DNA of 64,000 nt from an uncultured Gammaproteobacteria bacterium (GTDB lineage: Bacteria; Patescibacteriota; Microgenomatia; Levybacterales; UBA12049), in NCBI GenBank assembly GCA_964512695.1, contig CAZEJU010000003.1:9897-73896 (forward strand). Reading direction: 5' to 3'. Both the position numbers and the translations under genes were made by a program. The notes below the pieces were generated by a model. That model worked only from the letters and a program-made list of their open reading frames with translations. It was not told the DNA's origin and ran no database searches. Below, piece by piece: positions 38,550 through 49,642 of the stretch; within the stretch, counting starts at the first letter, position 1; every line of letters starts with the position of its first letter.

Positions 38550-40664
38550 TTATGCAGCGATGCGGCCGGTAAAGGTGGATTTAGCAAGCATTGCTTGGAC
38601 AATATTGTTTGGAACTTCTTCATAATGAGAAGGTTCCATATAATATGATGCACGACCTTGAGACATAGAACGTAACTGTGTAGCATAGCCGGATAACTCA
38701 GCAAGTGGAACTGATGCGAGAATAATAGTAGCATTTCCACGTTCTTCAGTACCCATAATCTGTGCACGTTTTGCTGAAAGGTCTCCGATAACATCTCCCA
38801 TAAACTCTGATGGAGTCGTAACTTCTACCTTCATAATAGGCTCAAGTAACGACATTTGCGCTTTCTTCGCTGCTGCTTGCATAGCTTGAGATGCAGCTAT
38901 TTTAAATGCTTGTTCAGAAGAATCGACATCATGATATGAACCGTCATAACACGTAACTTTAATATCGACTAATGGGTAGCCGAGCATAACACCATTATCC
39001 AGCATTTCTGTAACTCCTTTTTGCACAGCTTTTACGAATTCAGCAGGAATTGCGCCTCCCTTAATGGCATCGACAAATTCAAATCCTTCCCCACGTGGCT
39101 TTGGTTCAACCCGAAGCATACAGTGTCCATACTGTCCACGTCCTCCTGATTGGCGAATATATTTACCTTCTGCTTCCGCTTGAGAGGCAAAGGTTTCTTT
39201 ATAGGCAACTTGAGGGGCACCGACGTTTGCTAAAACATTAAATTCTCTTTTCATACGATCTACCATAATTTCAAGCTGAAGCTCGCCAATACCCGAGATA
39301 ATTGTCTGCCCAGTCTCATGATTGGTTTTCACTCGAAATGTCGGATCTTCTTCCATAAGACGTTTCAATGCAAGACCTAGTTTTTCCTGATCTGATTTCG
39401 TTTGAGGTTCTATAGCGAGGGATATAACAGGCTCTGGAAAGGAAATCTGCTCAAGGATAATTGGCTTCGCCTCATCACATAAGGTGTCACCTGTGATAGT
39501 ATCTTTTAAACCCACAATGGCAACAATTTCTCCTGCGTATGCTTCTTTTATCTCTTCTCGCTCATTTGCATGCATTAAGAGTAATCGGCCAACACGTTCC
39601 CGTATATTTTTTGAACTATTATAAATATATGATCCTGACTGAATAACACCAGAATAAACACGGAAATATGTTAATTTACCAACATGGGGATCATTTTGAA
39701 TTTTAAATGCAAGACCAGAATATGCTTCTTCTGGAATGAGCTTACGGACTTCTTCTTGCTCTGTATTCGGATTTTTACCTTTTACTTCACCCAAATCAAC
39801 AGGTGAGGGAAGGTAGTCGATTACAGCATCGAGGAGAGGCTGAACGCCTTTATTCCGGAGGGAAGTACCCGCATAAATCGGAACAAGCTTATAAGCAATT
39901 ACTGCAGCTCGCAGTGCTTTTTTTAATTCCTCAACTGTAGGTTCTTCACCACCAAGATATTTCTCTAGCATCTGATCATCAGTTTCTGATATCTTTTCGA
40001 TGAGTTTATTACGATATTCCTCAACCTGAGCTTTCATGTGTTCAGGGATTTCATCAGTGATATCAAATTTTGCACCTAATTCTTCAGAATTCCAAATGAT
40101 TACTTTTCGAGTTAATAAATCTACATTACCTACGTAGGTGTTTTCTGATCCGATTGGTAATACCATAATCGCTGGATTAGCACCTAATCGTTTTTCAATA
40201 CTTCCTACTGTTTTGAGGAAATCTGCACCGAGTTTATCCATCTTATTTACAAAACAAATACGCGGCACTCTATATTTATCTGCCTGTCGCCATACAGTTT
40301 CAGACTGTGACTGGACACCTTCTTCAGCATCAAGAACGGTAATCCCCCCATCAAGAACACGTAATGAACGTTCGACTTCTGCAGTAAAATCTACATGACC
40401 TGGAGTATCAATAATATTAATACGATGGTCTTTCCAAAATGTAGTTGTTGCAGCGGAGACAATTGTAATACCCCGTTCTCTTTCCTGCTCCATCCAGTCC
40501 ATTTGGGTATTACCCTCATCAATATCTCCAATTTTATAAGTCCGACCAGTATAGAAAAGAATACGCTCTGTGGTAGTCGTTTTCCCTGCGTCGATATGGG
40601 CGATAATTCCGATATTTCGGATCTTATCAAGAGGATACATTCGTGATTTTGCTACATCTGCCAT
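38550..40664 (-). CDS. fusA: Elongation factor G
   Basis: [39 protein letters not shown]. Confidence 0.99.
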   Translation of the reverse strand: MADVAKSRMYPLDKIRNIGIIAHIDAGKTTTTERILFYTGRTYKIGDIDEGNTQMDWMEQERERGITIVSAATTTFWKDHRINIIDTPGHVDFTAEVERSLRVLDGGITVLDAEEGVQSQSETVWRQADKYRVPRICFVNKMDKLGADFLKTVGSIEKRLGANPAIMVLPIGSENTYVGNVDLLTRKVIIWNSEELGAKFDITDEIPEHMKAQVEEYRNKLIEKISETDDQMLEKYLGGEEPTVEELKKALRAAVIAYKLVPIYAGTSLRNKGVQPLLDAVIDYLPSPVDLGEVKGKNPNTEQEEVRKLIPEEAYSGLAFKIQNDPHVGKLTYFRVYSGVIQSGSYIYNSSKNIRERVGRLLLMHANEREEIKEAYAGEIVAIVGLKDTITGDTLCDEAKPIILEQISFPEPVISLAIEPQTKSDQEKLGLALKRLMEEDPTFRVKTNHETGQTIISGIGELQLEIMVDRMKREFNVLANVGAPQVAYKETFASQAEAEGKYIRQSGGRGQYGHCMLRVEPKPRGEGFEFVDAIKGGAIPAEFVKAVQKGVTEMLDNGVMLGYPLVDIKVTCYDGSYHDVDSSEQAFKIAASQAMQAAAKKAQMSLLEPIMKVEVTTPSEFMGDVIGDLSAKRAQIMGTEERGNATIILASVPLAELSGYATQLRSMSQGRASYYMEPSHYEEVPNNIVQAMLAKSTFTGRIAA

Positions 40665-40668
40665 AAAA

Positions 40669-40750
40669 AAAGTTAAAAATTCAAACTACAAAGTTCAAAA
40701 CTACAAGAAAATTAAGAACTTTTCATTTTTACCTTTGAACTTTTAACTCT
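40669..40750. repeat. Heptamer-periodic palindromic element in the fusA leader
   Basis: aagttaa aaattca aactaca aagttca aaactac / ttttcat ttttacc tttgaac ttttaac. Confidence 0.8.
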
Positions 40751-40797
40751 AAAAGTATAGCACACATTTCTTGTTTATTCTAGTAGGTTAGATGACA

Positions 40798-41661
40798 CTA
40801 CACACTTAAGATTGCAAGGAAAACAATTCCTGAAAGCGTAGTTAGAAGACCTACAATCTGCTGTCTTGTTATAGACTCTTTTAAAAATAAAAAGGCAAGG
40901 AGGACGAACATAGTTGGGGAAGAGCTTGCAATAGGAGTAACAATGGCTGTAAGTCCTGTGCCCAATGCAGCGTTAAGACTGAAATCGCTAATTCCTGTAA
41001 GAAAACCAAAAAGAAAAACGTTCCGAAACACCTCAGGGTCTTTAGGTATCGGTAACGGAAGACCTCGAAGTTTCGTATAGAGATAAATAACCGGAAAAAC
41101 AATCATTGAGATGAACCCAGGCCAAAACCAGCCAATTTCTTTTATAGGTATTTTTAAGAATGTAAAGTATATTCCCCAACAAAGCATTGTCGTAAATGCA
41201 AGCATTACACTTTTATCGAATTTTACCTTCTTTTCGCGTAGATCACGAAGATTAAATGTACAGAGAAATACTCCTATGAGGATAAATAAGATTGCAAAGA
41301 CTTGTAACTCTGTAATTTTCTCATGAAAGAAAATGACCGATAACGGTATTACTATAACTGAATAAGAAGCAGAAATCGTTGCGGTAATAGATGCAGCACT
41401 TGCTTTTAATGCTTCAGTATAAGTAACGATCCCTGTGATTAAAATAACACCAAGAAAAAGTGTAAAAAGAAACATTGAAGTTGACAGAGTATGCAATTCT
41501 GATAAAGCAAAAGGAATATAGATAAGAGAAAGTAGTACCCTAATACATAACATCCAAAAAGTGGTCGAATAACCTCCCATTTTACGAGTCGCCAAGGTGC
41601 CAAACATATCGCCTGTACTCCATCCAAAGTAGGGAATAAGAGCTAATAAAATAGGTATCAT
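40798..41661 (-). CDS. EamA/DMT family transporter
   Basis: About 10 TM segments; two repeats ending F.HEKIT and FLKESIT. Confidence 0.88.
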   Translation of the reverse strand: MIPILLALIPYFGWSTGDMFGTLATRKMGGYSTTFWMLCIRVLLSLIYIPFALSELHTLSTSMFLFTLFLGVILITGIVTYTEALKASAASITATISASYSVIVIPLSVIFFHEKITELQVFAILFILIGVFLCTFNLRDLREKKVKFDKSVMLAFTTMLCWGIYFTFLKIPIKEIGWFWPGFISMIVFPVIYLYTKLRGLPLPIPKDPEVFRNVFLFGFLTGISDFSLNAALGTGLTAIVTPIASSSPTMFVLLAFLFLKESITRQQIVGLLTTLSGIVFLAILSV

Positions 41662-41900
41662 GGGTGCATTGTAACAAAATCATTCTCAGTTTAAAATAAA
41701 ATAAAAAGAGCTTTACAAACTCCTCAAAAACACCTATTCTTTTCCGCTTATAAATGGGATATACCTAACGTAGCTTTGCATGGAAAAATCAACTTTCTTT
41801 TTCTGGAAGCTCTAGGTTCGAGAAGATATACCAATTATTGCAAAAACAAATCGCAGTGGTATAGACTGGAAGTAGGTCCGTTCATTCGGACTTATCTGTT

Positions 41901-42440
41901 ATGGCAAAAGATATCCTGTCCATCAATTTGCTAGATGATAAACAAAAAAGCTTTACTGACACTATTCTCGACTGGGCAATTTATATCGGCCGTTTACTTG
42001 TAATTATTACTGAAGCAGTAGCCTTATTCGTTTTTATTAATCGCTTTACGCTGGATAGAAAGCTTATCGATCTTCATGATGAAATTAAGAAGAATCAATC
42101 CTTTATAGGATATATGCAAAGTCGTGAAGAAATATACAGAGGAATACATGAAAAACTACAAACGAACTTTATCAGCAGTACAGACAACGATGAAAGAATA
42201 ATCCTCTTTGAAGAACTTACTAGTAATGTGAATCCTCAGTTAAGTATTCTTAGCTTCTCAGTAAATCCTTCTTCTTTAACCATTGCGGTACAAGCACGTT
42301 CTATACAAGCGCTTTCTGATTTCCATGAAAAAGTAAAACAACACCCATCCATCGCTTCAATTACCGTCGATAAAATAGAAAATAAGACAGCAAACGCCAT
42401 AATTCTTGTTTCCTATACGGCAAAGCTAAAAGCTAAATAA
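41901..42440 (+). CDS. PilN-like type IV pilus assembly protein
   Basis: SINLL N-terminus, TM, coiled coil, ferredoxin-like C-terminus. Confidence 0.7.
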   Translation: MAKDILSINLLDDKQKSFTDTILDWAIYIGRLLVIITEAVALFVFINRFTLDRKLIDLHDEIKKNQSFIGYMQSREEIYRGIHEKLQTNFISSTDNDERIILFEELTSNVNPQLSILSFSVNPSSLTIAVQARSIQALSDFHEKVKQHPSIASITVDKIENKTANAIILVSYTAKLKAK

Positions 42441-42442
42441 TT

Positions 42443-43057
42443 ATGATATTTTTTAAACAAACTTTTTTAAAGGATTTCGCAAAAGAGAGGTATATGGCAA
42501 TTGTACGTGCGTATCCTCGACTCCAGGAGGATAAAACACAACGATATATTCTACTAACGTTGACGTTCCTAGCTTTATCATTTTTAGGAATATTAGCTAT
42601 AAATCCAACACTAAAAACTATTACAGAGTTAAATAAGAAACTCGAGGATAGTGAATTTGTTAATCAGGCCCTTAAAACAAAACTTGCTAATCTCTCTTCA
42701 TTAAATAGTCAATATGAACGTATGTCTACTGATATACCTCTTATTGAAGCAGCTGTACCTAGTTCTGCTCAAGCGCCTTTCCTACTGGGACAATTACGAA
42801 CACTGGCAAAGACTACTGATGTAACAATTACCAGTCTTCAAACATACCAAATCAACATGACACAACAGAAAATTACTCCACCTAGAACTGTTAATTTTAT
42901 CTTTACCTTAAGTATAGAGGGTGAAAAAAGTAACTTAGTAGATTTTCTTCATGCTTTAAATTCATTTGATAGAACTGTCGTTATTGAGTCATTACATTTT
43001 ATAAGTGAGGAAGAACAACGCTTAACAATTCGCGCAAAAGCATTTTTCATACCATGA
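42443..43057 (+). CDS. pilO: PilO-like type IV pilus assembly protein
   Basis: TM-INP, coiled coil, A.P, G....L..FL..L....R.V.I. Confidence 0.78.
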   Translation: MIFFKQTFLKDFAKERYMAIVRAYPRLQEDKTQRYILLTLTFLALSFLGILAINPTLKTITELNKKLEDSEFVNQALKTKLANLSSLNSQYERMSTDIPLIEAAVPSSAQAPFLLGQLRTLAKTTDVTITSLQTYQINMTQQKITPPRTVNFIFTLSIEGEKSNLVDFLHALNSFDRTVVIESLHFISEEEQRLTIRAKAFFIP

Positions 43058-43410
43058 AAAAAAGGAAATATACAATTCAAAAAGATCTGACGATCTTGTC
43101 ATTTTCTCTGTTTGTAGTAGTTACACTATGGATCGCATTTACCATACACGGAATCTATGTCACAAGCACTATTAGTGATACATTGCAAATACAGATAGTT
43201 CCTATTAAAGGTGTTTTTGATGAATCCAGTATAGAAATTATCAAAAACAGAACTCCAATAATTCCTGATTATTCCGCAAGTGTATCAGCAAATACACTCC
43301 GTATTAATGCTTTACCTATTGATCAACCGCAACCAACGTCCGAAGTAACTCTTACACCAACTGATGTATTTTTACCGAATAGTACATCTAGCGCAGAGCC
43401 ATCCTTATGA
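43054..43410 (+). CDS. Membrane-anchored hypothetical protein (PilP position)
   Basis: Coupled to pilO by an ATGA overlap; TM and P/S/T tail. Confidence 0.65.
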   Translation: MKKRKYTIQKDLTILSFSLFVVVTLWIAFTIHGIYVTSTISDTLQIQIVPIKGVFDESSIEIIKNRTPIIPDYSASVSANTLRINALPIDQPQPTSEVTLTPTDVFLPNSTSSAEPSL

Positions 43411-44870
43411 AACCAACAATCTTGAATAAAAAAATACCATCATATCTTGGATTTCTATCACTAATTTTAATGATACCCATAATTGCGTGGATAGTCGAAA
43501 ATAATACTGTCGTACCCGTCAGAGCAAACCCGGATCATACACCACAAGATGTACAGATTAGTAACATTACTGACAACTCTTTTACTATCTCTTATACAAC
43601 AATTGAAGCTACTATCGGTTCTGTCTCATATGGACCGACAGACAAACTGGGTCAAATAGCATTTGATATTCGAGATACCGCTCGTGGAAAACCATTACCT
43701 CACCGAGTCCATTATTTCGACATAAAAGGTCTTCAACCTAATACAACGTATTACTTCATATTACTGTCTGGTAATACGACGTATAAAAAAGACAATAAGC
43801 CATACGCTATAACCACAGGGCCAACTCTCTCCCAGACACAAACTAGTAGAAAAATCGCAGGAAACGTTTTGCTACCAAACGGCAGCTATCCTGGAGAGAC
43901 AGTTGTATATGCAATAAGTAGTACTTCACAACTTCTTTCAAAACTGGTAGAAGTAGACGGATCTTTCTCCATAGATAATTCATCCCTACGAACTAGTACG
44001 CTTGATTCGTATGCGGAAGAACAAGAAACTGCAGAGTTTCAAATACGTTTAGTAAACAGTGATATGCAAACGTACATGAATGTTTTATCGAAAGATCTAG
44101 ATTCACTCCCTACGGTTACTCTGTCGAAAAACTATGATTTTACTTATGAATTACTTCCTACTAAATCACTGGACAACAACGTAAATCTCTTAGATACCGC
44201 AGAGCTTTTCCCAGAATATTCGACAAATACTACGTTTAGCCAAACTCCTCAGATTATAGTGCCAAAGAAAGATCAAGCATTTGATGATCTCCAACCGGAA
44301 TTCCGTGGATCTGCTCCCCCTTCTAAAAATATCGAAATTAGTTTTGATACAGCGACTACAAAAGTAACTGTAAGAACTACTGCAACAGGAACATGGTTAT
44401 ATAGACCAAAACAGCCAATGACAGCAGGTAATCATACGATTATCGTCAGCATGAAAGATATATCAGGCATGACGCTAACAACGTCTCAAACCTTTGCTAT
44501 TCATGCTATAGGTAGCCAGTTTTTTGCTCCATCACCAACTGTCTCTCCTACAGCAATACCATCTCCAAGTCCATCACTAAACCCATCACCTATAGCATCG
44601 CCTTCTGTATCACCTGCTCAACCATCAATATCGCCCTCACCTTCGATATCCGTAAGTCCCACAGTATCACCTATACTGTCACCCACGGAAATTCTTATAC
44701 CTTCACCAACGTTAATTCCTAGCCCTACACAAATAACAGTATCGCTTCCACCAGCATCTCCCGTACCTAGTCTGACGCCTACTGGTAGTGGTACTGCAGT
44801 CCTCACGTTTGGCTTTGCGCTATTTGCTACGATTACAGGTGTTGTGTTATTCTTTTTAACTCATACATAA
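43407..44870 (+). CDS. FN3 + Ig-like surface protein with S/P/T-rich stalk and C-terminal PxTG-TM
   Basis: P.DVQISNIT..SFTISY, GLQPNTTYYF, G.W.Y.P..G.H; (SP/TP)n; LTPTG then TM. Confidence 0.8.
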   Translation: MKPTILNKKIPSYLGFLSLILMIPIIAWIVENNTVVPVRANPDHTPQDVQISNITDNSFTISYTTIEATIGSVSYGPTDKLGQIAFDIRDTARGKPLPHRVHYFDIKGLQPNTTYYFILLSGNTTYKKDNKPYAITTGPTLSQTQTSRKIAGNVLLPNGSYPGETVVYAISSTSQLLSKLVEVDGSFSIDNSSLRTSTLDSYAEEQETAEFQIRLVNSDMQTYMNVLSKDLDSLPTVTLSKNYDFTYELLPTKSLDNNVNLLDTAELFPEYSTNTTFSQTPQIIVPKKDQAFDDLQPEFRGSAPPSKNIEISFDTATTKVTVRTTATGTWLYRPKQPMTAGNHTIIVSMKDISGMTLTTSQTFAIHAIGSQFFAPSPTVSPTAIPSPSPSLNPSPIASPSVSPAQPSISPSPSISVSPTVSPILSPTEILIPSPTLIPSPTQITVSLPPASPVPSLTPTGSGTAVLTFGFALFATITGVVLFFLTHT

Positions 44871-44874
44871 ATCT

Positions 44875-46146
44875 ATGAATATAGGTATTATTGGAGCTGG
44901 ATTTACCGGACTATCAGCAGGATATCAACTTACAAAAAGAGGCCATTCAGTTACCATCTTTGAGAAAGATCTTCAACCCGGAGGACTAGCAATTGGTTAT
45001 AAGGAGAAAGAATGGGAATGGTCACTTGAGAAACATTACCACCATTGGTTCACAAACGATAAATTTATTTTAAACCTTGCGAGAGAAATTGGTCATAAAG
45101 TATTCATCCGTCGTCCAGAAACATCAGCATATATTGATGATAATATTTACCAACTTGATTCTCCATTAAAAGTATTACAGTTTCCACAACTTTCAATTGT
45201 TGATCGTGTTCGAATGGGAGTTGCATTAGCAGCTCTCCGGTATAATCCTTTTTGGCAGCCATTAGAAAAAATATATGCAGTTCCTGTATTAAGGGAAACA
45301 ATGGGAGAAAAGTCCTATAAAATGCTTTGGGAACCCCAACTTAAAAATAAGTTTGGTACGTATTTTAAAAATGTATCACTTGCATGGTTTTGGGCACGTA
45401 TAAAAAAACGAACATCATCACTTGCGTATCCGGAAGGTGGATTTTTACATTTTGCCGAACACCTTATCGATGTAATAAAAGAAAATGGAGGAAACGTAGT
45501 ATTTAATGCAGAGATTTCGGAATTAAGGGATGATGGACAAAAAACAACACTTATGAAAGAAAAAAAATTGCATACCTTCGATAAAGTACTCGTAACACTT
45601 CCGTCTGTTTTTTTTATAAATATTACTCCTCAACTTCCTAAAACTTATACTGATAAACTGACAAGACTAAAAGGTTTAGGTGCAACGAATCTTGTTTTAC
45701 GTCTTAACAAACCTTTTTTCAAAACGAAAACATACTGGCTAAGCGTTTGTGATACAACATCACCTATTATGGCAATCGTAGAACATACAAATTTTATGGA
45801 TAGAAAATATTACAATAATGAACATATCGTGTATTTAGGAAACTATGTTGGAACGACTCATCCATACTTTTCCATGACTGAAGAAGAAATGCTCGCACAC
45901 TTTCATCCATTTTTAAAGAAAATAAATCCAAAATACAAAGATTCGTTAATCAGTATGAAGCTTTTTAAAGCACCGTTTGCACAACCTATTATTCCTACTA
46001 ACTATTCTCGATTGATTCCCCCTATGGCGACTCCTTTAAAAAATGTCTTTCTTGCAAATATTGAACAAGTGTATCCTTGGGATAGAGGAACAAACTATGC
46101 AGTAGAGTTAGGTGAGAAAGTAGCAAAGCTTATTGTAAACGAATGA
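44875..46146 (+). CDS. FAD-dependent oxidoreductase (amine oxidase/PPO-like)
   Basis: IIGAGFTGL, GGLA, EKHYHH, YPWDRGTNYAV. Confidence 0.85.
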   Translation: MNIGIIGAGFTGLSAGYQLTKRGHSVTIFEKDLQPGGLAIGYKEKEWEWSLEKHYHHWFTNDKFILNLAREIGHKVFIRRPETSAYIDDNIYQLDSPLKVLQFPQLSIVDRVRMGVALAALRYNPFWQPLEKIYAVPVLRETMGEKSYKMLWEPQLKNKFGTYFKNVSLAWFWARIKKRTSSLAYPEGGFLHFAEHLIDVIKENGGNVVFNAEISELRDDGQKTTLMKEKKLHTFDKVLVTLPSVFFINITPQLPKTYTDKLTRLKGLGATNLVLRLNKPFFKTKTYWLSVCDTTSPIMAIVEHTNFMDRKYYNNEHIVYLGNYVGTTHPYFSMTEEEMLAHFHPFLKKINPKYKDSLISMKLFKAPFAQPIIPTNYSRLIPPMATPLKNVFLANIEQVYPWDRGTNYAVELGEKVAKLIVNE

Positions 46147-46239
46147 ATTTTCCATTTTCCAAGTTTCATTTTCCAACAAATCAAGATTTGAAATTACTAA
46201 ATAATCAATGGCAAAATGAAAAATGACAAATGGAAAATT
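46146..46239. repeat. Heptamer-periodic palindromic element (TTTTCCA type)
   Basis: ttttcca ttttcca agtttca ttttcca / tggcaaa atgaaaa atgacaa atggaaaatt. Confidence 0.85.
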
Positions 46240-47957
46240 TCGGACAACAAATACAGCAGAAAACTACAATACTTCTTTTTATATTAATGTTAATTGGTGT
46301 TTTTCTCCGTTTCTATAATCTAAATTGGGGCGCTCCTTACTATTTTCATCCTGATGAACGAAATATTATCAGTTCAGTTACTCAGTTACGGTTTCCTGAT
46401 CAGACGAATCCACATTTTTTTGCGTACGGATCTATTCCTATTTATACCATTTATGGCATTGGAGTAATACAGAATATCGTGACTTCCTGTTTTTATAGTA
46501 CTCTATGTCCTATAACGAAACTTCTTGTAGAGAAACAAACCCCGCTCTGGAATGAAATAAATATTGTTACATTTAATGATGCAATACTTATAGCCAGGAG
46601 TATATCAGCATTTTTTTCTCTACTTCTTATTCCCCTTGTCTTTATTATAGGAAAAAAAGTGCATACACAGAAAACAGGATTACTAAGCGCTTTTTTTACA
46701 GTAACTAGTGTTGGGCTACTTCAATATGCACATTTTGCGACATTTGAATTATGGCTTACTTTCTTTAGCGTCTTAGCTTTGTATTATAGTCTAAAAATAG
46801 CTGGAGATCATCATACCGGTGATATATTAATTCTTGGCGTTCTTATGGGAATCTTAGTCGGTATAAAAATATCCAGCCTTGTACTTTTACCACTACCTTT
46901 TCTTGCTATTTTTTATGGATGTTTTAGGGACATAAAACTAGTAAAGAAAAATTTACCAATACTGGGTAAGACTGCGTTACTTTTTATGGCAGAAGCTCTC
47001 TGTTTATTGCTTTTAGGAGCGATCATATTTATGATAACTAACCCTTTTGTTCTCTTAGATGTAACCTCTTTTCAAGATTCAATAGACTATGAAGTTAGTG
47101 TCGCTAATGGATCTCTTATTGTTTTCTATAACCAATTATTTCGTGACACAATACCAGGCATTTATCAGCTCTTCCATGTTTATCCCTTTCTCATTAATCC
47201 GCTTCTTACATTTCTACTTATTCCCACACTGCTGGTTACATTCTTTCTTAGTAAAAAAGAAAAAAATACTTCATTATTTTTTGTATTCCTCACTTTTATG
47301 ATCCTTTTCATATCCCAGGCTTTTCTGTTCGTAAAATGGGTACGGTATATGATTCCAACCCTACCATTTTTTTATGTGATGTTTTCAGTTGTAGTAATGA
47401 CAATATCAACCAATAAAAAATTTGCAGCTTATAGGAAGTATCTTATATTTTCTCTGGTTAGCATAAGTAGCATCTATACATTCTCCTATTTTGTCACAGT
47501 TATCGCCAAAGAGGATACAAGGTTACAAGCAAAAACATGGATTGAAAGATTTACAAGTACTAACAAAAAAGTTCTCAGTGAGTCGTATGATCCCGGCAGT
47601 ATGGCATTTACTGGAATCTTTTCTGAAATAACATATTGCAATATCTATGACCTTGAAATACACCTCAAGGTTTGTGAAGATGTTTCTTTAGAACATAAAC
47701 TGAAAGATGTAACATATATCTTATTACCTAGTGAAAGAGTTGTGCAATCTCGCTTAGTGAATAAAAAACGATTTCCCAGAGGATACAATTTCTATACATC
47801 CTTATTTACTGACAAAGAAAGTTATAAGCTTGTATACAAAACTCCATGTGACATATTCTGTAAAATTCTTTATATGGGTAATAAATTACTTCTTGAGCAG
47901 ACCGCTTATGTTTTCGATAGACCGACAGTTTATGTTTTCGAAAAAATTAAACAATGA
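46230..47957 (+). CDS. GT-C (PMT/ArnT-like) glycosyltransferase
   Basis: LRF..L.WG...HPDE, FFAYG, many TM segments, RY..P. Confidence 0.82.
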   Translation: MENFGQQIQQKTTILLFILMLIGVFLRFYNLNWGAPYYFHPDERNIISSVTQLRFPDQTNPHFFAYGSIPIYTIYGIGVIQNIVTSCFYSTLCPITKLLVEKQTPLWNEINIVTFNDAILIARSISAFFSLLLIPLVFIIGKKVHTQKTGLLSAFFTVTSVGLLQYAHFATFELWLTFFSVLALYYSLKIAGDHHTGDILILGVLMGILVGIKISSLVLLPLPFLAIFYGCFRDIKLVKKNLPILGKTALLFMAEALCLLLLGAIIFMITNPFVLLDVTSFQDSIDYEVSVANGSLIVFYNQLFRDTIPGIYQLFHVYPFLINPLLTFLLIPTLLVTFFLSKKEKNTSLFFVFLTFMILFISQAFLFVKWVRYMIPTLPFFYVMFSVVVMTISTNKKFAAYRKYLIFSLVSISSIYTFSYFVTVIAKEDTRLQAKTWIERFTSTNKKVLSESYDPGSMAFTGIFSEITYCNIYDLEIHLKVCEDVSLEHKLKDVTYILLPSERVVQSRLVNKKRFPRGYNFYTSLFTDKESYKLVYKTPCDIFCKILYMGNKLLLEQTAYVFDRPTVYVFEKIKQ

Positions 47958-49642
47958 CAAAATATATATCAAAAGAAAGAATTGTTTTTTTATTTATCTT
48001 ATTACTTGCAGCTTTTCTCCGATTTATAAATCTTGATTGGGATCAAGGACAACATTTACATCCTGATGAAAGATTTCTTACGATGGTGGTCAATAAAATA
48101 ACAATTCCCAAATGGTTTAATGAATATTTAAACCCATCTTTATCGAGTCTTAACCCTGTAAATAACGGGTTTGATTTTTTTGTTTACGGTTTATTTCCTC
48201 TTACGATAGCTAAATTCTTTGCAGTATGGACAAATAATGATACGTATGCAACATTTACAGTTTTAGGGCGATGTATCTCTGCTTTCTTTGATTTAATAGC
48301 GGTTATCCTTGTCTATAAAATAGTTGACCTTTTGGGGAAACATTCCAAGCTTCATCACCATACCAAATATTATGCAATGTTTTTCTATGCGATAGCAGTC
48401 CTTCCTATCCAGCTCTCTCATTTCTATGCATCTGATACTTTTTTAAATACTCTTTTTCTTTTTTCAGTATTCTTTATTCTGAAATTTTATTATTTCTCTT
48501 CTTATGCTTCTCTTATAGGTAGCGGGATATTCTACGGACTGGCGTTCTCTTCAAAGGTTAGTGCTATATATGGGGCACCTTTAATTGGTTTTTTTTTATT
48601 TTTCGGATTAGTAAAAAAGAGTTTTAAAGACAAAAAAAATATCCTGTATCTTCTCACTTCTACTTTTTTAACAACTATACTTTTCAGTATTTCGTGCTAT
48701 TTCACAGTAAGAATAGCTAACCCGTATATGTTTTCTTCAGCAAATCTTTTCGATCCCCGGATTAATCCTCAATTTTTTGAAAGTCTTAAGATGTTAAAAT
48801 CCTGGGAAGGCTACGACACTTGGTTTCCTCCAGCAATTCAATGGATTAATAAAATGCCTGTATTATTTAGTCTAATAAACATGGCTATTTTCGGAATTGG
48901 TATTCCATACTTTCTTCTAGTTCTTGCGGGCATAGCATATGTATTGACCAAGAAACGAAAAAGTATTCTTTTTATTCTCGTCTTTTGGTTTCTAGGTATT
49001 TTTATTTATCAGTCAATACAATTCGTGAAAGTAATGCGATATTTTATTTTTCTCTATCCATTTCTAGCGCTTTTATCTGCCATAGGGTTTCAACACCATT
49101 TGCAAAAACAAAAAAATATGATTAAAGGTACTATTCTTTTTATATGTTTTCTATGGCCTCTATCATTTATTTCAATTTACCTACATCCACACTCACGAGT
49201 AACAGCATCTACGTGGATTTATGCCAATATACCTAATAATAGTATCCTCTTAAGTGAATATTGGGATGATGCCTTACCACTACCTATCATGAGTCAGTCT
49301 AAACATTTTTTTGTAGAACAATTACATGTATTTGATCCAGACACTTCAGAAAAATGGCATGAGATGGAACGTCTTCTTTATCAAGCTGACTATTATATTT
49401 TATCGTCAAATCGCGCTTGGGGGAGTATTTCGACAGTTCCTGAGAAATATCCTCGAATGAGTAAATTTTATAAAGATTTATTCGCAGGAAAAACACAATA
49501 TATGAAAGTTCATGAGATAACTTCTTATCCCTCGCTTTCGTATCTAGGAATACCTATTACATTCATTGATGATTGGAGCGACGAATCATTTACTGTATAT
49601 GATCACCCGAAAGTTATTATTTTTAAAAATGTTGCTAAATAA
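47954..49642 (+). CDS. GT-C (PMT/ArnT-like) glycosyltransferase, paralog
   Basis: WD...HLHPDERFL, E.WDDALP, DESFTVYDHPKV. Confidence 0.85.
   Translation: MTKYISKERIVFLFILLLAAFLRFINLDWDQGQHLHPDERFLTMVVNKITIPKWFNEYLNPSLSSLNPVNNGFDFFVYGLFPLTIAKFFAVWTNNDTYATFTVLGRCISAFFDLIAVILVYKIVDLLGKHSKLHHHTKYYAMFFYAIAVLPIQLSHFYASDTFLNTLFLFSVFFILKFYYFSSYASLIGSGIFYGLAFSSKVSAIYGAPLIGFFLFFGLVKKSFKDKKNILYLLTSTFLTTILFSISCYFTVRIANPYMFSSANLFDPRINPQFFESLKMLKSWEGYDTWFPPAIQWINKMPVLFSLINMAIFGIGIPYFLLVLAGIAYVLTKKRKSILFILVFWFLGIFIYQSIQFVKVMRYFIFLYPFLALLSAIGFQHHLQKQKNMIKGTILFICFLWPLSFISIYLHPHSRVTASTWIYANIPNNSILLSEYWDDALPLPIMSQSKHFFVEQLHVFDPDTSEKWHEMERLLYQADYYILSSNRAWGSISTVPEKYPRMSKFYKDLFAGKTQYMKVHEITSYPSLSYLGIPITFIDDWSDESFTVYDHPKVIIFKNVAK

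Noticed and set aside
44525-44785. SP/TP repeat region as a DNA repeat element
   Set aside because: Codons vary; it is protein-level low complexity (a stalk).
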